Position numbers and translations under genes: made by a program
DNA from: Pseudobdellovibrionaceae bacterium
Lineage (GTDB): Bacteria; Bdellovibrionota; Bdellovibrionia; Bdellovibrionales; Bdellovibrionaceae
Assembly: GCA_039810425.1 (NCBI GenBank)
Contig: JBDHWW010000028.1
Coordinates: 1 to 38,458 of the forward strand
Reading direction: 5' to 3'
Length of the DNA: 38,458 nt
Notes under the pieces: generated by a model
The model's database searches: none
What the model saw: the letters and a program-made list of their open reading frames with translations, nothing else
What the model was told of the DNA's origin: nothing
Shown here: positions 9,871-19,642 of the stretch, one piece after another
Layout: the number at the start of each line of letters is the position of its first letter
Numbering within the stretch: position 1 is the first letter of the stretch

Positions 9871-10437
9871 ATGGGCTCATTTAGTTTTAAAATTTCCTTT
9901 ACAGCAGTTGTGATTTTGTGTGCACAAGCTACCCGCGCAACAGATGTTGTTTTTGAATCTGACGTTCAAATAAAGCGAAATGACCAAAACAGTTTCGAAA
10001 ATTTAAAGGCGGGTCAGAGCATTCCTCTCAATGCGGGCGATTCTGTTTTCGCGCTCAACGGTCAAAACATGCCCGTCCTTATTGTTGCCCCCGTAAAGGA
10101 CAAAGGGCGCGTCGTGGTGGCAGACTCTAATATGTCCCTCGCTATTCAATCGCAACTTCAGGCCACTTTGCAAAAATCAACCAGCGAAATTATTGACGGC
10201 CTCCGGAAAGCGGAAGGTTTGATTCAGAAAAAAGATTTCAACCAAGCCTCAACAATTATCTTGTCATTAAAGAGCAAATACAAAGACATCTCGTCGCTCC
10301 TATTTATGAGCGGCACCCTGTCTTACTTGCAAAACAACAAAAGCGCCGCGATCGAAGATCTGCAACGGGGTCTCAGTCTCGATCCTAACAATGAACCCGC
10401 GAAGAAATTGCTGACGCAATTAAAGGGTACGCCATGA
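9871..10437 (+). CDS. Exported TPR-containing protein
   Basis: N-terminal signal peptide; C-terminal TPR (AIEDLQRGLSLDPNNEPAKKLL). Confidence 0.75.
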   Translation: MGSFSFKISFTAVVILCAQATRATDVVFESDVQIKRNDQNSFENLKAGQSIPLNAGDSVFALNGQNMPVLIVAPVKDKGRVVVADSNMSLAIQSQLQATLQKSTSEIIDGLRKAEGLIQKKDFNQASTIILSLKSKYKDISSLLFMSGTLSYLQNNKSAAIEDLQRGLSLDPNNEPAKKLLTQLKGTP

Positions 10438-11141
10438 TCAGTTTACCGATTGGTGCCGTCCTTACGGTTTTCATCTTCTTGATCTCCATGGGGTTTGGTA
10501 ACCTGGGGATTTACTTTAATGCTCACTCCGCAATTCTGGTCGGCGGCGGAACGGTGGCCATTTTGCTATTCTCTTGCCCGAACGCGGTCTTGCGGAACCT
10601 CGTCCGCGAAATCAAAGGTCTATTTAAGGGCCACGACACTTTTACCAACGTCAGCGATGATCTTGCAAAGCTATCTAAGAATAAAGACGCCGCGACAATG
10701 TCCGGTGATGAACTGATAGCTTATGCCAAGGACTTGTGGCTGCAAGGCATTTCGCAGGATCTCTTCGTAGTTCTTCTTTCGCAAAAACGTAAAGAGATCG
10801 AACAACGCTCAGTGGATGCGATTCAAAGTCTTAAAAACTTAGCCAAGTATCCGCCGGCACTCGGCATGGCCGGCACGGTGATGGGTATCGTCACCCTCTT
10901 TCAAAGCCTGGATGGTGGCAAAGACAAGATCGGCCCGGCCCTCGCCCTTGCGATGACCGCGACCTTCTTCGGTCTCGCCATTGCCAATGGGATTGTGATG
11001 CCGCTGTCAGACCGGTTGCAAATCCGCCACCTGTCACAGACGCATTACTTAACAAACGTTTATCAAGTTTTGTTACTGATTAACCAGGATGAGTCTACTC
11101 ATCTGATTGAAGAAGAGGTTCAGCACCGTGCGACGGCCTGA
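10434..11141 (+). CDS. motA: MotA/PomA-family stator A subunit with a shortened cytoplasmic domain
   Basis: SAILVGGGT, PPALGMAGTVMGIV and IGPALALAMTATFFG..ANGIVMP motifs; four TM segments. Confidence 0.88.
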   Translation: MISLPIGAVLTVFIFLISMGFGNLGIYFNAHSAILVGGGTVAILLFSCPNAVLRNLVREIKGLFKGHDTFTNVSDDLAKLSKNKDAATMSGDELIAYAKDLWLQGISQDLFVVLLSQKRKEIEQRSVDAIQSLKNLAKYPPALGMAGTVMGIVTLFQSLDGGKDKIGPALALAMTATFFGLAIANGIVMPLSDRLQIRHLSQTHYLTNVYQVLLLINQDESTHLIEEEVQHRATA

Positions 11142-11814
11142 AAAGAGACTGCCAAGAATTGAACGCGACGAAGTCGTCGCCGTGGGTGAGGATGAAAATC
11201 AGCACTTGTGGGCCGTTTCGTATTCGGATTTCTTGATGGTCCTTTTATCGTTCTTTATCCTCTTCTTTTCAGCTGAAGCTCCACAGAAGCAGAAATTAAT
11301 TCTGGAACTCGCAAGCCACTTCACCTCTCCGCCTGCCGGGGCAGGCTCTGGCTCCGGTCAAAGCACCGGCAATGACTCTGACAATTCCGAGAGCAAGCGC
11401 CGCATGCCTTCCGGCGTGTTTGCAAGACTTAAAGGCCTGAACGTCACGGTGGACAAAGAAAAAGAAAGTTTGATTATCAATTTCCCGAATGACCTCTATG
11501 GCCCTGGCAAGCACCGCATTGAACATGACAAGGCCGCGATGATTGAAAACTTCCTCAACGTCATGAAACCCTACCAAGGCCAAGTGAATTTGTATTTTGA
11601 GGGCCACGCGGACACGACACCTTTAAAAATTCACAGAAATGAAATCGTCGTCGACAACTTTGTTTTAAGCAGCCTGCGCGCTTCATCCGCCCTTGGCCTG
11701 GCCCGGGGAATGGGTTTTTCCGAGAAAAATATGTTTATTCAGGCCAATTCGTCTAACTTAAGAAATTCCAGATCCCTTTCAATTCGCATCGAGCCTCGCG
11801 GAGAGTTTCTATGA
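11128..11814 (+). CDS. motB: MotB-family stator B subunit with an OmpA-like peptidoglycan-binding domain
   Basis: WAVSYSDFLMVLLSFF (conserved Asp), EGHAD and NFVLSSLRA; in-frame GTG at 11128 after GAGG (ORF open from 11107). Confidence 0.88.
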   Translation: MRRPEKRLPRIERDEVVAVGEDENQHLWAVSYSDFLMVLLSFFILFFSAEAPQKQKLILELASHFTSPPAGAGSGSGQSTGNDSDNSESKRRMPSGVFARLKGLNVTVDKEKESLIINFPNDLYGPGKHRIEHDKAAMIENFLNVMKPYQGQVNLYFEGHADTTPLKIHRNEIVVDNFVLSSLRASSALGLARGMGFSEKNMFIQANSSNLRNSRSLSIRIEPRGEFL

Positions 11815-13259
11815 GAAATATTATTAGACACTTCCTTTTGCTATTGCTTCTGATAGGTTCCGCTAAAACGGCGCGGGCGGATTTACTGGATAGAATGCGC
11901 CTTGAGGACACGCTCAAAAATCGTATTGAAGATGCGTTTCACTTGTACGATGTGAAAGCCAAGGCATTGATTCGTTTTGATTATAAGACCTTTAGCGGAA
12001 CGCTCCCCGGCACTTCGATTGAAACTCAGGGGCAAGTCAATCCCTACAACATTGATTCCGGCGACATCAACCGCGTGACGATTGAGATCTTTACGGATCT
12101 TGATGAAACACCGGCGGAAGCAAAGGACTACGTTCTTCGGGTCATTCCTATTGAAAAATCGAAAGTTTTTGTCGAGTACAAGAAACTGAGAACCCAATTC
12201 CCAAAAGACGTTCCTCGCCCCCATCTGGATCCCGAAGCCCTCTCGACGATTGCCCATGACATGATGTCGACGATGGCAAAGACCCTGGGCGCCATTTTTG
12301 GTAGCTGCCTGCTTTTATGTTTTGGTTTCTTATTCCATCAGAACTCCAAAAAACTCAAGGAGTTCAAATCCCAGATTCAGCTTTTAACGACGGCTCTCGC
12401 GGAAAATGCCTCGGCCCCCCCGCCGCCCCCTGTAGCTGCGGCAAATTCTCTAAGCAACTCCGCTTTTGGCAGCGGCAGTGGCTCACCGGAGTCCGGTTCC
12501 TTGAAGAACCTGCAGCTTGAAAGTCTCAAAGAGCTTTTTGCCGACTGCTATTGGTGCCGTGAGGACTCCTATGCGCACTGGTTGTGGAAAAACATTGAAG
12601 GCGCCCAGAAAAAGTCTTTGATGGATACGTTTACCCTGATAAAGGATTACTCGCTCTATTTTGTAACTATCCAAGCCCGTGAGATGTCGTATCATGAGCA
12701 CCCGTTTTATATGGATCCACAAGGCCTGCTCTGGACTTCGCAAGAGGACTTGGGCGCCCAAATCCGTAAAGACTTTAGCCTCTGGCATTTTGTGAGCCCG
12801 ATGCGCCAACAGAATTTACCTCTGAGCCTCGAAGAGCGCTTGCAAGCGGTGCAAACAAAACCTGAAGGAAAGAAGTCCTCTTTTGACAGCAAGCAACACA
12901 GCCCCTATCGTATTTTAGAAACCAAACTTTCTTGGGGCGAAATATCTTCTGAAGATGAATCCGCTTTATATCACCATCCGGAGATGGTGCCTGTGTCTTT
13001 GCGTGAGAACATTCAAACACTGGTTTGGTTTGCGCAAAAAGACGACACGTTTATTCAAAAGACATTGTCACGTTATGATGCTCGCTCACTCGCCTCTGCG
13101 TGGGTTGGGCCTGAATCCGTGCTTAAAAAACTTGAGTCCCAGTTGCCAGAGAAGAAGTTAAAACTTTTACTAAACTATAGGGAAAAAACCATTCCAAGCC
13201 GCCATTCCGATGTTTACGCGAGCCTGGTTGCGGAAGGGTTTAAAAATGAAGCTGCTTAG
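11811..13259 (+). CDS. Bitopic membrane protein with an exported N-terminal domain and a C-terminal FliG_C-like domain
   Basis: Signal peptide; TM LGAIFGSCLLLCFGFLF; Pro-rich linker; C-terminus DDTFIQKTLSRYDARSLASAWVG...LKKLESQLPEKK resembles FliG_C DDxxIQxxLRxVDxxxLAxALKG. Confidence 0.65.
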   Translation: MRNIIRHFLLLLLLIGSAKTARADLLDRMRLEDTLKNRIEDAFHLYDVKAKALIRFDYKTFSGTLPGTSIETQGQVNPYNIDSGDINRVTIEIFTDLDETPAEAKDYVLRVIPIEKSKVFVEYKKLRTQFPKDVPRPHLDPEALSTIAHDMMSTMAKTLGAIFGSCLLLCFGFLFHQNSKKLKEFKSQIQLLTTALAENASAPPPPPVAAANSLSNSAFGSGSGSPESGSLKNLQLESLKELFADCYWCREDSYAHWLWKNIEGAQKKSLMDTFTLIKDYSLYFVTIQAREMSYHEHPFYMDPQGLLWTSQEDLGAQIRKDFSLWHFVSPMRQQNLPLSLEERLQAVQTKPEGKKSSFDSKQHSPYRILETKLSWGEISSEDESALYHHPEMVPVSLRENIQTLVWFAQKDDTFIQKTLSRYDARSLASAWVGPESVLKKLESQLPEKKLKLLLNYREKTIPSRHSDVYASLVAEGFKNEAA

Positions 13260-13821
13260 CGCGCTTTTGTTTTTTCAAATGATCGCCACCAGCGCTCTTG
13301 CAATGGATATGCGCACGGGTCTTTCGACGACAAAAAGTTTCCTCACCGCTTCGGGTGAAGCCGCTCAATTCACTTTGGACGAAGGCCAAATCTCTGGCTC
13401 GGGTCTTAAAGTGGATTTCATGAATTCCTTTTCTGACAAAATTGCGCTTGCCGTTTACCTCGCTTCGGCCATCAATACGGCCGGTGGAGCAAGCTTCACA
13501 GGGATCGGCGGTTATACCTACTACAATATTTTTGGTGAATGCTGTGCGACGATTCGCACCGTGGCGGTCGATGGTAAACCGATGGTCACCGAGACATCGC
13601 TGCGCGGCCAGAACCTGCAAGTGGGTTTAGGCCTTGACCAGTTTTTCTTGAACGGTTCAAAAAGTGTTTACTCCGCTTCGGGCTTGGGCCTTTCGGTGAT
13701 CTATCAGTTTCCACTTTTCAACTACAATTTCAAAACCGAGGCCCGCCATTCGCAGATGACAGCGGGCCAAAATAAAATCCAAGGTAATTTCTTCAGTTTT
13801 GGTGTTGTTTTCGCGCTTTAA
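13246..13821 (+). CDS. Probable outer-membrane beta-barrel protein
   Basis: Signal peptide MKLLSALL...ALA (in-frame ATG at 13246); amphipathic beta strands; C-terminal FFSFGVVFAL. Confidence 0.6.
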   Translation: MKLLSALLFFQMIATSALAMDMRTGLSTTKSFLTASGEAAQFTLDEGQISGSGLKVDFMNSFSDKIALAVYLASAINTAGGASFTGIGGYTYYNIFGECCATIRTVAVDGKPMVTETSLRGQNLQVGLGLDQFFLNGSKSVYSASGLGLSVIYQFPLFNYNFKTEARHSQMTAGQNKIQGNFFSFGVVFAL

Positions 13822-13854
13822 ATCGTTTCAAAATTCAGCCCGGGCGCGCCCATT

Positions 13855-16800
13855 TTACGGATGCGCGACTCGTACCTTAAATTTATTTTCAAAAATCGAA
13901 TACAAGATCGGCAAAACGAACAAGGTCAACAGCGTCGACGAAACAATGCCGCCGATGACCACGGCCGCTAACGGCTTCTGAACTTCGGCCCCGATGCTGG
14001 TTGAAAGCATCATCGGCAAAAATCCAAAAATCGCCACCAGGGCTGTCATTAAGACAGGTCGTAGGCGTATCAGTGTCCCCTGAACCACGAGATCCTTTCC
14101 TGACTTTCCCTCAAGCTTCAGCTGATTGAAGTAGTTCACCAGCACCACCCCGTTCAAAACGGCAATTCCCGAAAGCGCGATAAACCCCACTCCCGCGGAA
14201 ATACTAAACGGCAGCTGATTCAAAATCAGCCCGACGACTCCACCAACAAGCGCAAATGGAATGCAACAGAAAATCAGCAGCGTCTGCCCGACGCTTCTAA
14301 ATGCCGCAAAGATCATCAAAAGCACAAGCCCCAGCGCGATCGGCGTCAAAACCAACAACCTGGTGCGGGCCTCCCGCAAGTTCTTAAAATTTCCGCCCCA
14401 TTGGACATAATATCCTTGAGGAAGCGCCACGTCCTTCTCCACGATCTTTTGCGCTTCATTGACGAAGCCTTCCGTGTCACGGCCGCGAAGATTAATAAGC
14501 ACCGCCGAACGGCGATTGGAATCTTCACGATTGATGGAACCAAAAGTCTCAGCAAATTTAGAACTTGCTAAAGTCGATAGAGGAGTCGTGGTGTTCGAGC
14601 CAATTCCCACCGGCAAAGCCCGAATCGTTGCCAGATCCGAACGTTCTTCCTCGCTGAGTCGGACGACAATCGGAAACTTCTTCTCGTTCTGATAAAGATA
14701 GCCGGCCTGCTGGCCGCCGAGGGCAATCGCAACCGTACTCAGAAGATCAGACACTCTGGCGCCGTATCTTTTCACCGCCGAATCCATCGGAGCGACACGA
14801 AGAACAGGACTGGTCCCCGCCAGGTCCACTTCAACATCTCCGGCTCCGGGGACTTTGGAAACCACTTCCTGGATTTGCTTTGCTATTTCCATGTTCTTCT
14901 GCAAATCAGGGCCAAAAACTTTCACCGCGACATCGGCTCGGGTTCCTTCAAGCAATTCATTAAATCTCATCTGGATGGGTTGAGAGGCCAAGTAAGACTG
15001 GCCCGGCAACTCTTTTTCAAGCCTTTCAATGATCGCTTTCACTAAACTTGCATAGGTGTGCTTTGCACCGGCAAAGTGAGGCCCCCACTGGTTGCGGGAC
15101 TTCAGCATGATATAGGTATCTGAAATATTCACCCCCATCGGGTCGGTCGCCACTTCACTGGTCCCGATACGCGAGAACACCCCTGCGACCTCTGGGAACT
15201 CCTTGATAATTCCTTCCGCCTTCACCTGAAAGGCTATAGACTGGTCAAGGCTCAGGTTGACAGGACGAATCATGTGAAACGCAAAAGAGCCTTCGCTTAG
15301 CTGGGGCAAGAACTCCGATCCGAGGCGGGCAAACAAAATCCCACCCAGAACAACCGCGGCCAGCGACAACACAATGGCTGTTTTCTTAAAGACGAAGGTG
15401 GCTTCTAAGACCGGCTTATAAATCGCGCGAATCCACCCCATGATCCGCGGCTCTTTATCTTCGGCTCTAGAAGACAGGAAAAGGCTTGCCAGAGCCGGTG
15501 CCGCCGTAAACGAGAGCACCAAAGCCGCAAGCACCGCAATCGAAAAGGTCGCGGCCATCGGCTTAAACATCTTTCCCTCAACCCCGACGAGTGCAAACAC
15601 CGGCAAGAAGACCATCACGACGATCAACTGGCCAAAGCCCGCGGCTTTTCGAATTTCAATCGAAGCTTCGACGATCATTTCCTGGATCTCTTCTTTGCTG
15701 AGTTTGCGTTTATTCTGTTTGGCGCGATCATGAATCATGCGAACGCAGTTATCGACCAGGATCACCGTACCATCGACGATAATACCGAAATCCAAAGCGC
15801 CCAGACTCATCAGATTTCCAGAAAGGCCGAGTGGTTTCATGATTAAAAACGTCATTAAGAGTGAGAATGGGATCGTCAGCGCGGTAATGACGGCGGCCCT
15901 CATATTTCCGACCAAAAGAAAAAGTACGATGATCACCAATCCGGCGCCTAAAAGCAGGTTGTGTTCCACGGTCCCAAGAGTCGCATTCACCAGATCCGAG
16001 CGGTTGTACACGGTCTTTAAAACGAACCCCTCTGGCAGAGTTTTGCGGATCTCCTCGACCTTTTCATGCACGCGCGTAGAAACGGTTCGGCTATTTTCCC
16101 CCAGCAACATCATCACCGTGCCCAGCACCGTTTCCTGACCGTTGTAGGTGGCCGCACCCGTTCTTAATTCTTTTCCGAGACGCACTTTCGCAATGTCGCC
16201 AATCGTGATGACCTTAAAAGAATCGAGCTGCTTTACCGGCGCTTGCTCAATGTCTTTGGGACCTTTAAACAGGCCGATGCCTTGAACCAAAAACTGCTCG
16301 GCCGTCTGAGAGATATAACCACCACCGACGTTTTTATTAGCCTTCTCCAGTGCAGCCACAATATCTTCAAAATGAATCCCGTAAGACGCCATTTTGATAA
16401 TATCCGGCTGGACATGGAATTGCCGCTCATACCCACCGGTGGTGTTGATTTCCGCCACTCCTTCAACGGTGAGCAAGCGTGGCTTCACAAACCAGTCCTG
16501 CACTTCCCGGACCTGCATCATTTGCGCTAAACGCCCGGTTGACTCTGACGAAGGATTTTCGACATCCAGAGTGTATTGAAAGATTTCCCCGAGACCCGTT
16601 GAAATGGGCCCTAACTTTGCCTCGGCTCCCGTAGGCAACTCGGGTAAAACCCCTTGCAATCTCTCGGTCACCATTTGGCGCGCTCGGTAGATGTCGATTT
16701 CGTCCTTAAACACAATCGTTACCTGGGACAGCCCGAAGCGCGTGATCGAGCGGACTTGCTCCACGCCGGCGATGCCCCGCATGGAGGATTCCACCGGATA

Positions 16801-16998
16801 AGTGATACTGCGCTCGATCTCTTCGGGCGCCAGGCCCTCAATCACCGTATTCACCTGAACCTGGTTGTTGGTGATGTCAGGGACAGCATCAATCGGCAGA
16901 TGCTGAAATGCGTACAAGCCCGCTAGGGCGACACCCAAAGTTAAAAGAAGCACCAAGAGTCTGTTATAAACTGAAAAACGAATAATATTATTCATCAT
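13855..16998 (-). CDS. czcA: CusA/CzcA-family heavy-metal efflux RND transporter
   Basis: LPIDAVPDITNNQVQV, GNLMSLGALDFG, EGKMFKPMA and RLRPVLMTALVA motifs; 1047 aa. Confidence 0.93.
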   Translation of the reverse strand: MMNNIIRFSVYNRLLVLLLTLGVALAGLYAFQHLPIDAVPDITNNQVQVNTVIEGLAPEEIERSITYPVESSMRGIAGVEQVRSITRFGLSQVTIVFKDEIDIYRARQMVTERLQGVLPELPTGAEAKLGPISTGLGEIFQYTLDVENPSSESTGRLAQMMQVREVQDWFVKPRLLTVEGVAEINTTGGYERQFHVQPDIIKMASYGIHFEDIVAALEKANKNVGGGYISQTAEQFLVQGIGLFKGPKDIEQAPVKQLDSFKVITIGDIAKVRLGKELRTGAATYNGQETVLGTVMMLLGENSRTVSTRVHEKVEEIRKTLPEGFVLKTVYNRSDLVNATLGTVEHNLLLGAGLVIIVLFLLVGNMRAAVITALTIPFSLLMTFLIMKPLGLSGNLMSLGALDFGIIVDGTVILVDNCVRMIHDRAKQNKRKLSKEEIQEMIVEASIEIRKAAGFGQLIVVMVFLPVFALVGVEGKMFKPMAATFSIAVLAALVLSFTAAPALASLFLSSRAEDKEPRIMGWIRAIYKPVLEATFVFKKTAIVLSLAAVVLGGILFARLGSEFLPQLSEGSFAFHMIRPVNLSLDQSIAFQVKAEGIIKEFPEVAGVFSRIGTSEVATDPMGVNISDTYIMLKSRNQWGPHFAGAKHTYASLVKAIIERLEKELPGQSYLASQPIQMRFNELLEGTRADVAVKVFGPDLQKNMEIAKQIQEVVSKVPGAGDVEVDLAGTSPVLRVAPMDSAVKRYGARVSDLLSTVAIALGGQQAGYLYQNEKKFPIVVRLSEEERSDLATIRALPVGIGSNTTTPLSTLASSKFAETFGSINREDSNRRSAVLINLRGRDTEGFVNEAQKIVEKDVALPQGYYVQWGGNFKNLREARTRLLVLTPIALGLVLLMIFAAFRSVGQTLLIFCCIPFALVGGVVGLILNQLPFSISAGVGFIALSGIAVLNGVVLVNYFNQLKLEGKSGKDLVVQGTLIRLRPVLMTALVAIFGFLPMMLSTSIGAEVQKPLAAVVIGGIVSSTLLTLFVLPILYSIFENKFKVRVAHP

Positions 16999-17006
16999 AG
17001 AAACCT

Positions 17007-17453
17007 CTAGTGCCCATGCCCCTCTTCTCCGGAGGAGAAGGCGGACAACTCTGCTGCACGCAAAAACCCAAGGCCGTTGAGGACGATTGCATCGCCGCCT
17101 TTGAGTTCTTTTGATTTGATTTTTAATTTTCCGGCGGATTTCGAAACCACAGTAAAGTCAATGCGCTTGTAAAAGCCCTCTCGCAATCTATAGATATTCA
17201 CTTCTTCACCGGAAACCAGTATCGCGTTGCTCGGGATTTCCCATTCAGAGGGGTCGGATTTCAGTTTCTGAGTCTGCAGGCCAAAGTTCTTGATGGCCTC
17301 CGCAGACAGCTTGATTCCGTCATGCTCATCCGCGGCGGTGATGCCTTTTTCTGGCCCCACGGCAGGCGATACCATTTCTTCTTCATGGGCCCAGGATAAA
17401 TGCGCCTGAAGTCCAAACAACAGACTCAGAACGGTTAAAAGGATTTTTTTCAT
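17007..17453 (-). CDS. Small exported protein in the adaptor position of the RND operon (partial CzcB-like)
   Basis: Signal peptide; IPSNAI...LKGGDAIVLNG resembles the membrane-proximal domain of adaptors; ends EEGHGH. Confidence 0.65.
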   Translation of the reverse strand: MKKILLTVLSLLFGLQAHLSWAHEEEMVSPAVGPEKGITAADEHDGIKLSAEAIKNFGLQTQKLKSDPSEWEIPSNAILVSGEEVNIYRLREGFYKRIDFTVVSKSAGKLKIKSKELKGGDAIVLNGLGFLRAAELSAFSSGEEGHGH

Positions 17454-18691
17454 AGGGCAAACTCCATCGCTTCACCATCAATAAAACGAATGTCTAAGTA
17501 GGTCTCGAGTGTTTTGAGCTCTCGTTCATTCCTGGTTTTTTCAAACTCAACAAGACTTCGATGGGCTTCGATCACCAGGCTGCTGGGAACGAGGCCGCGA
17601 TAGAAATGCACTTCGATTTTCTTATGGCGCTGCTCTTGCGACAAACCACTTGCCGTGGCCTTTAGCAAGCTCACCGAGTTTACGTACTGTTTAAGCAGCG
17701 TCTTACGCAGGCCCTGTAATTCAGTCATGGCTAAATCACGTCGAACCTCGGCGGTCTTCACATGGGCCGCAGCCGCCGCTCGTCCACCTTGATTCAGGCT
17801 CAGCAGCGGCAAGGGCATGCTTAAGTTGATACCCACCTGGCTTGAGGTCGCATCCCCGTCAGAGACCCGCTTCAGGGAGGGCCCCACATTCAGGGCCGGA
17901 AACACTTCGCTGCGCGCTTTTGCAAACTCAGCTTGGAATATCCCGACTTCTGCCTCATAAATTGCCAGCAGCGGTGAGCTGTTGAGCTTTTCTGATTTCT
18001 CAGCAACCTCGGGCCAGGTTTTCACTTTGGCTGCCAAATTCAATTTAAAATCAGCTAACGGCTGCCCGAGCGAAAGCTTAAAGAAGGCTTCAATCTTTGC
18101 GATCTCATCGAGGATCTCTTGTTTTTTAAAAACATAGTCTGATTTCGCGAGATCGAAAACCTCGACCGTCACCTCTTGTTCCGGCGAAAGTTTTGGCCGC
18201 TGCTGATACTGGCGCACGAGTTTTGCAAAGACCGCAATCGATTCATCAACCATTCCCGCCTCTTCGTTTAACTGACGCAGCCGAGTCAAATACAAGATCA
18301 CTTGCTTACGGACCTCGGCACGAATCTTCGTAAGCTCCGCTTCGGCTTTTTTCACTTCGGATTCGGCCAGGGCCTTTCTGGCCGAGCGCCCGCCGCCGAC
18401 TTCAATCGGAAATGCCAAGCTCAGGTCGAATTCCGACTGGTTCTGCCCCGAGTTTTTACCGGCGACATACTCTGATGATAATTCGGGATTTAAGAGCTGC
18501 GAAGACTGTCCAACGGTGGCCCTCTTTGCATTTAAATAAGACTCCGCCTTTAAAACTTCGGGCGATCGGCTTTCTGCACATAAAACCAATTGATTTGCAT
18601 TGTTAACGGCATGGCAAAGCTCTTCCGCTCCCGCGACCACGGGAGCCAAAAACATAGCTATCGCCATTGCCGCTTTTTCCAAAAACGACAT
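17450..18691 (-). CDS. TolC/CzcC-family outer membrane efflux protein
   Basis: Signal peptide; NPEL...LAFPIEVGG and INLSMPLPL repeats; first large gene of the RND operon. Confidence 0.85.
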   Translation of the reverse strand: MSFLEKAAMAIAMFLAPVVAGAEELCHAVNNANQLVLCAESRSPEVLKAESYLNAKRATVGQSSQLLNPELSSEYVAGKNSGQNQSEFDLSLAFPIEVGGGRSARKALAESEVKKAEAELTKIRAEVRKQVILYLTRLRQLNEEAGMVDESIAVFAKLVRQYQQRPKLSPEQEVTVEVFDLAKSDYVFKKQEILDEIAKIEAFFKLSLGQPLADFKLNLAAKVKTWPEVAEKSEKLNSSPLLAIYEAEVGIFQAEFAKARSEVFPALNVGPSLKRVSDGDATSSQVGINLSMPLPLLSLNQGGRAAAAAHVKTAEVRRDLAMTELQGLRKTLLKQYVNSVSLLKATASGLSQEQRHKKIEVHFYRGLVPSSLVIEAHRSLVEFEKTRNERELKTLETYLDIRFIDGEAMEFAL

Positions 18692-18736
18692 AAAAACCTC
18701 TGTAAATTGCGATTGGGAATGGGGCTTCGATGGGTG

Positions 18737-19096
18737 CTAAGAGCTCTTTGGCGGCTGATAGGGCACATCCAAGAACCGACCATGCAGTACCTTAAACTCT
18801 AACAAGTAATTCACTTTATGGGACCGCGCGAAGGAAAGGACAGGCACGGCTGGAATCACTAAACTTGCACAGTGGCCAAAATGGCAGATGCTATGCGAGC
18901 AGTCGCCAATGGGAATCCGGCTCTCATTCACACTTTGGTTGAATTGATATTCGGAGGTAAGGACCCCGCCCCCACTATGACCACATATCGCAAGAGAAGA
19001 CATCACGAGCGTGCCGAAGAGCAAGCTAATGGAAAACCACGTGAGTATTAAAAACGATCTGCATTTCGTCACTTTCGGCAACATACCAAGCTTCAT
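18737..19096 (-). CDS. Small Cys/His-rich leader protein (DUF2946/CzcI-like); start uncertain
   Basis: Hydrophobic N-terminus, CSHSICHFGHC motif and C-terminal PYQPPK; directly upstream of the metal efflux operon. Confidence 0.5.
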   Translation of the reverse strand: MKLGMLPKVTKCRSFLILTWFSISLLFGTLVMSSLAICGHSGGGVLTSEYQFNQSVNESRIPIGDCSHSICHFGHCASLVIPAVPVLSFARSHKVNYLLEFKVLHGRFLDVPYQPPKSS

Positions 19097-19333
19097 AGAG
19101 CGCATCAACAGTTTAGATTGATACGACTGAAATGAACCCACAACAAACAAATAGGCCCCCGACAAACCAACGGGGGAAAACCAGAACCTCTTCTTCCAAC
19201 GACCGATTGTCGAGGCTCTGTGCACAATAAAATCGCAATTGCACCGATCAATTTAAAATAAAAACATTTTGAAAGTTATAAAGAAGATGACAAGAGGTCG
19301 AAATAGTGTTTTTCTGACGCTTCATTTCTAAAT

Positions 19334-19368
19334 GCTCGAGTGGCGAAATTGGTAGACGCACAGGACTT
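19334..19368 (+). tRNA. 5' exon of the host tRNA-Leu(UAA), separated from its intron and 3' exon
   Basis: GCTCGAG-TG-GCGAAATTGGTAGACGC-A-CAGGA-CTT; GCTCGAG pairs perfectly with CTCGAGC at 37499-37505 and CAGGA pairs with TCCTG at 37457-37461. Confidence 0.9.
19350..19368 (+). repeat. attL core
   Basis: TGGTAGACGCACAGGACTT, 18/19 identical to 37197-37215. Confidence 0.85.
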
Positions 19369-19402
19369 AAAACTTTTTTCGGGTATTGATTAAGTAGCGG
19401 AT

Positions 19403-19642
19403 ATGACTAATAAAACTGGACGAATGGTAGACCAAAAATCCCTCAAAAAGGTAGACCAATCTACCGATAAGATCGTAGATATGGCGACCTATCGTGAAGC
19501 AAAGATGCTTTATGAAATCGCCCAGCGTATAAACCCCACTCATACGAGAGAGGAAATCTACGAAGCGGTAGAGTTTTTTAAAGCGAATGAAACGAGAGCC
19601 AAAAGTTCCAGAAAATGCAGAGGTGTTTTTCACACTCATTAA
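19403..19642 (+). CDS. Small hypothetical protein overlapping the integrase start (possible excisionase/regulator)
   Basis: 79-aa ORF between attL and int; function inferred from position only. Confidence 0.35.
   Translation: MTNKTGRMVDQKSLKKVDQSTDKIVDMATYREAKMLYEIAQRINPTHTREEIYEAVEFFKANETRAKSSRKCRGVFHTH

Noticed and set aside
10434..11814. Zorya ZorAB or ExbBD/TolQR assignment
   Set aside because: The A subunit lacks the long ZorA tail and no zorC/D/E genes are present; the B subunit has the MotB WxxxYxD motif and an OmpA-like domain, unlike ExbD/TolR
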